A stretch of 62,860 nucleotides of DNA, counting the filler, from Choristocarpus tenellus KU-1152 (taxonomy: Eukaryota; Protista; Phaeophyceae), in NCBI GenBank assembly GCA_964200185.2. It is 11 parts of 11 records of this genome, joined end to end, with 100 filler letters (N's around TTAATTAATTAA, not from the genome) between each part and the next. Parts side by side here need not be neighbours in the genome. Positions count along the whole stretch, not along the records: positions 59,669 to 62,860 come from CAXNAD020021653.1; 10 more parts are not named here. The stretch is one strand, 5' to 3'. The notes beneath the pieces were generated by a model. It had not been told where the DNA came from. It made no database searches and saw only the letters and a program-made list of their open reading frames with translations. A program made the translations under genes and the position numbers. Shown piece by piece: positions 61,002 through 62,860 of this stretch. The stretch's first letter is position 1. Every line of letters starts with the position of its first letter.

Positions 61002-62783
61002 TCTAAGTAGTGCATTCCCTGGGCGGCATCATGAGATGTGGCCGGATCGTGGTGCAAATACAGTGCTGTTGCTCTCCCATACGGTGATACCCAGAAAATG
61101 TGTATCAGGATGCAAGACATGAAACTGTCGTGAGGAGTTGTCACTTCTTACGTTGAACACCCTTGGTCTGCCGTTTTGTGCGAGGAACGATGGGAGATAT
61201 GGGGCGTGTGTCGGTTGTGCAGCCGAATATGAGCGATCATCCGGGCATCCCTGTTAGTGATGAAACTGTTTTCGACATATACAGTGAATGTGTTCACCCG
61301 GGGGGGGGGAGTTTTGTGTGTCACACTGTTAGTGGTTGCGGGAAACGAACTTTCATACCTGTGGGAGGTGCCTTGAGTAAAGTTGTGAGCGACGTGTATG
61401 TTTGAGGTGGGAGAGAAGCCCCCAGCGCCATCTGCAGTCGATTCGGATGGGCTCGCCTGTTACCGCATGTCTCGCAAGAATTCCGTGCGTTTTTCGGCAG
61501 ATGATCTTAGTGTGTCGATGCCGATGTCGTACGTTTTTGCTGTGACAGACAGAAGTGGTTGAAACGTGGATGTCACCCCATCGTCACCTATTTCGACATC
61601 AGGAGCGATGCCGACGAGGACGGATTTGTACACCTGGTGCGTATGGTCGGTGCTAAGATCTTTCTTTACGCATTGGAGGAATGTGTAAACCTGGAGATCA
61701 GGCGTTGACTCGCGTTGTTCTTGACCCAACGCAACTTACAGCGCACTTACCAACGGTGCAAATCCGCTCTTCTCATTCAACAACCAAGAGCCAAGGTCGT
61801 TCCAAGTGCGGCCGCTTCCTTCCATCTCTTCTGAGCCATTGTGGTTCACAAACATGGAGAGGAAGAGGTCCATTATCTGGTCCGTTTTGGATTTCTTCCA
61901 CGAACGGGCGGCACTGGTCTTGGGCAGTCTCTTTAGTCCCCGTCTCCTGAGTGGGATCGAAAGGAGGTCCCAATGTAAGTTGGGTGGGTTTGTTTCCTTT
62001 GACACTAGTGATCGATCCTCATGATGCGAACCTCAGTAATATTGCATCGTTCTTCGGGGAAAGGTGCTCGCGCACAATGTTTGGTCACTCGAGGTGCTCA
62101 ACGGAAAAGGGCCGTGGTGAATGACACCCCACTTTGAAAGCATAGAGAGGGGGGTGTTTGATGCATCAACAACCGAAACTGCCCCGATTATATTCTCTTG
62201 AAAATGTGTGTGTCGCATATGCGGTCAATCGTGAGCCAAATACAAAAGGTTACCAAAAAAAGGACGAAGCATGTGTAGGACGAAGTGACTGGGGGTAGTT
62301 TGTCCAACGGTACGAAGTGTGTTTTGGTGCGAATTTCTGTTGGAAAGCACTGGACAGGTGCATGGTGGGTGTCGCCCCTGACATCATTAGCTCAAGTATG
62401 TATCACAATTGACGTGTTCTGACGAACGGTAAACTAATGTGTACTATGGATTTTGTGTAATCAATATTGAACGTAACATGTGATGTAGGTCAACACATAG
62501 CTCCACATGCGCATACCATCGTATGCGCCCCTTGCTCTATGGGGGGTACGAGATAGCGATTGAGTTTTGTGGTGAGTCCAGGACGATGGTTTGGGGGGGT
62601 GTGGCTCAAAAAAGTTGGTATGTCGACCGCAGCAACTTTCGCCACACTTTGTTGTCGAACAACGTTCGGCAAATATGACATGGTGTGTGTGACTTGAAGT
62701 AGGTTTATATTTGGACAGTCGCAATGTTTGCTGTGCTTTGACGAACGGTAAAGTACAACAAAGTGTGACATGAGGCAAGCAGA

Positions 62784-62860
62784 GACTCAAAGTATCTGAG
62801 GGGGGGGTGGCGGCTGTCCATTTGGGTCAATTTTTTCGTGTTGCGATTTTTGTGTGATTT
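62784..62860. mobile_element. MITE family C, truncated by window end
   Basis: GACTCAAAGTATCTGAGGGGGGGG...GTCCATTTGGG; homologous to 54574-54650. Confidence 0.8.

Larger units (their letters stand above)
59740..62200 (-). pseudogene. Degenerate DNA-transposon ORF, possibly Sola2-like transposase N-terminal half
   Basis: Chain of minus-strand frames broken by stops, frameshifts and two MITE pieces; DVYANFKERF followed by RSCVCIHHMNTDL (60381-60410) and further Cys pairs; catalytic core not present before the contig start. Confidence 0.45.

Noticed and set aside
28400-62200. Alternative genetic code or programmed readthrough to explain in-frame stops in long frames
   Set aside because: All three stop types occur together with frameshifts and MITE insertions, as expected for neutral decay.

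Overview
Eukaryotic, repeat-rich genomic DNA made of 11 contigs joined by ten artificial 100-bp linkers (N44-TTAATTAATTAA-N44), so neighbouring contigs are not known to be adjacent. A spliced EsV-1-7-repeat gene and the transposon types point to a stramenopile alga, probably a brown alga or close relative (inference). Most ORF-track entries are spurious. The dominant signal is a clan of at least four short (about 160-270 bp) non-autonomous TIR elements (MITEs) with different internal sequences but shared GA(G/C)YCAAAGTA-type termini and mixed 3-bp/4-bp target-site duplications (TSDs); two are nested in their own family in opposite orientation, and a degenerate Sola2-like transposase is a candidate source. 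Other mobile DNA: many 5'-truncated copies of an RLE-type (CRE-like) non-LTR retrotransposon with a conserved 3' hairpin and (AAT)n tail; Ty1/copia relics (RT-RNaseH with PPT and 3' LTR, a gag region, a solo LTR with 5-bp TSD); and a full-length but decayed DD39D-type mariner. Gene-like sequences: the partial EsV-1-7 gene with repeats on separate exons, a decaying UBE2T-like fragment, an HNH-AP2 endonuclease pseudogene, a possible beta-class DNA methyltransferase remnant and two unidentified spliced genes. No rRNA, intact tRNA or CRISPR array was found. All family assignments come from motif recognition by eye, not database searches.
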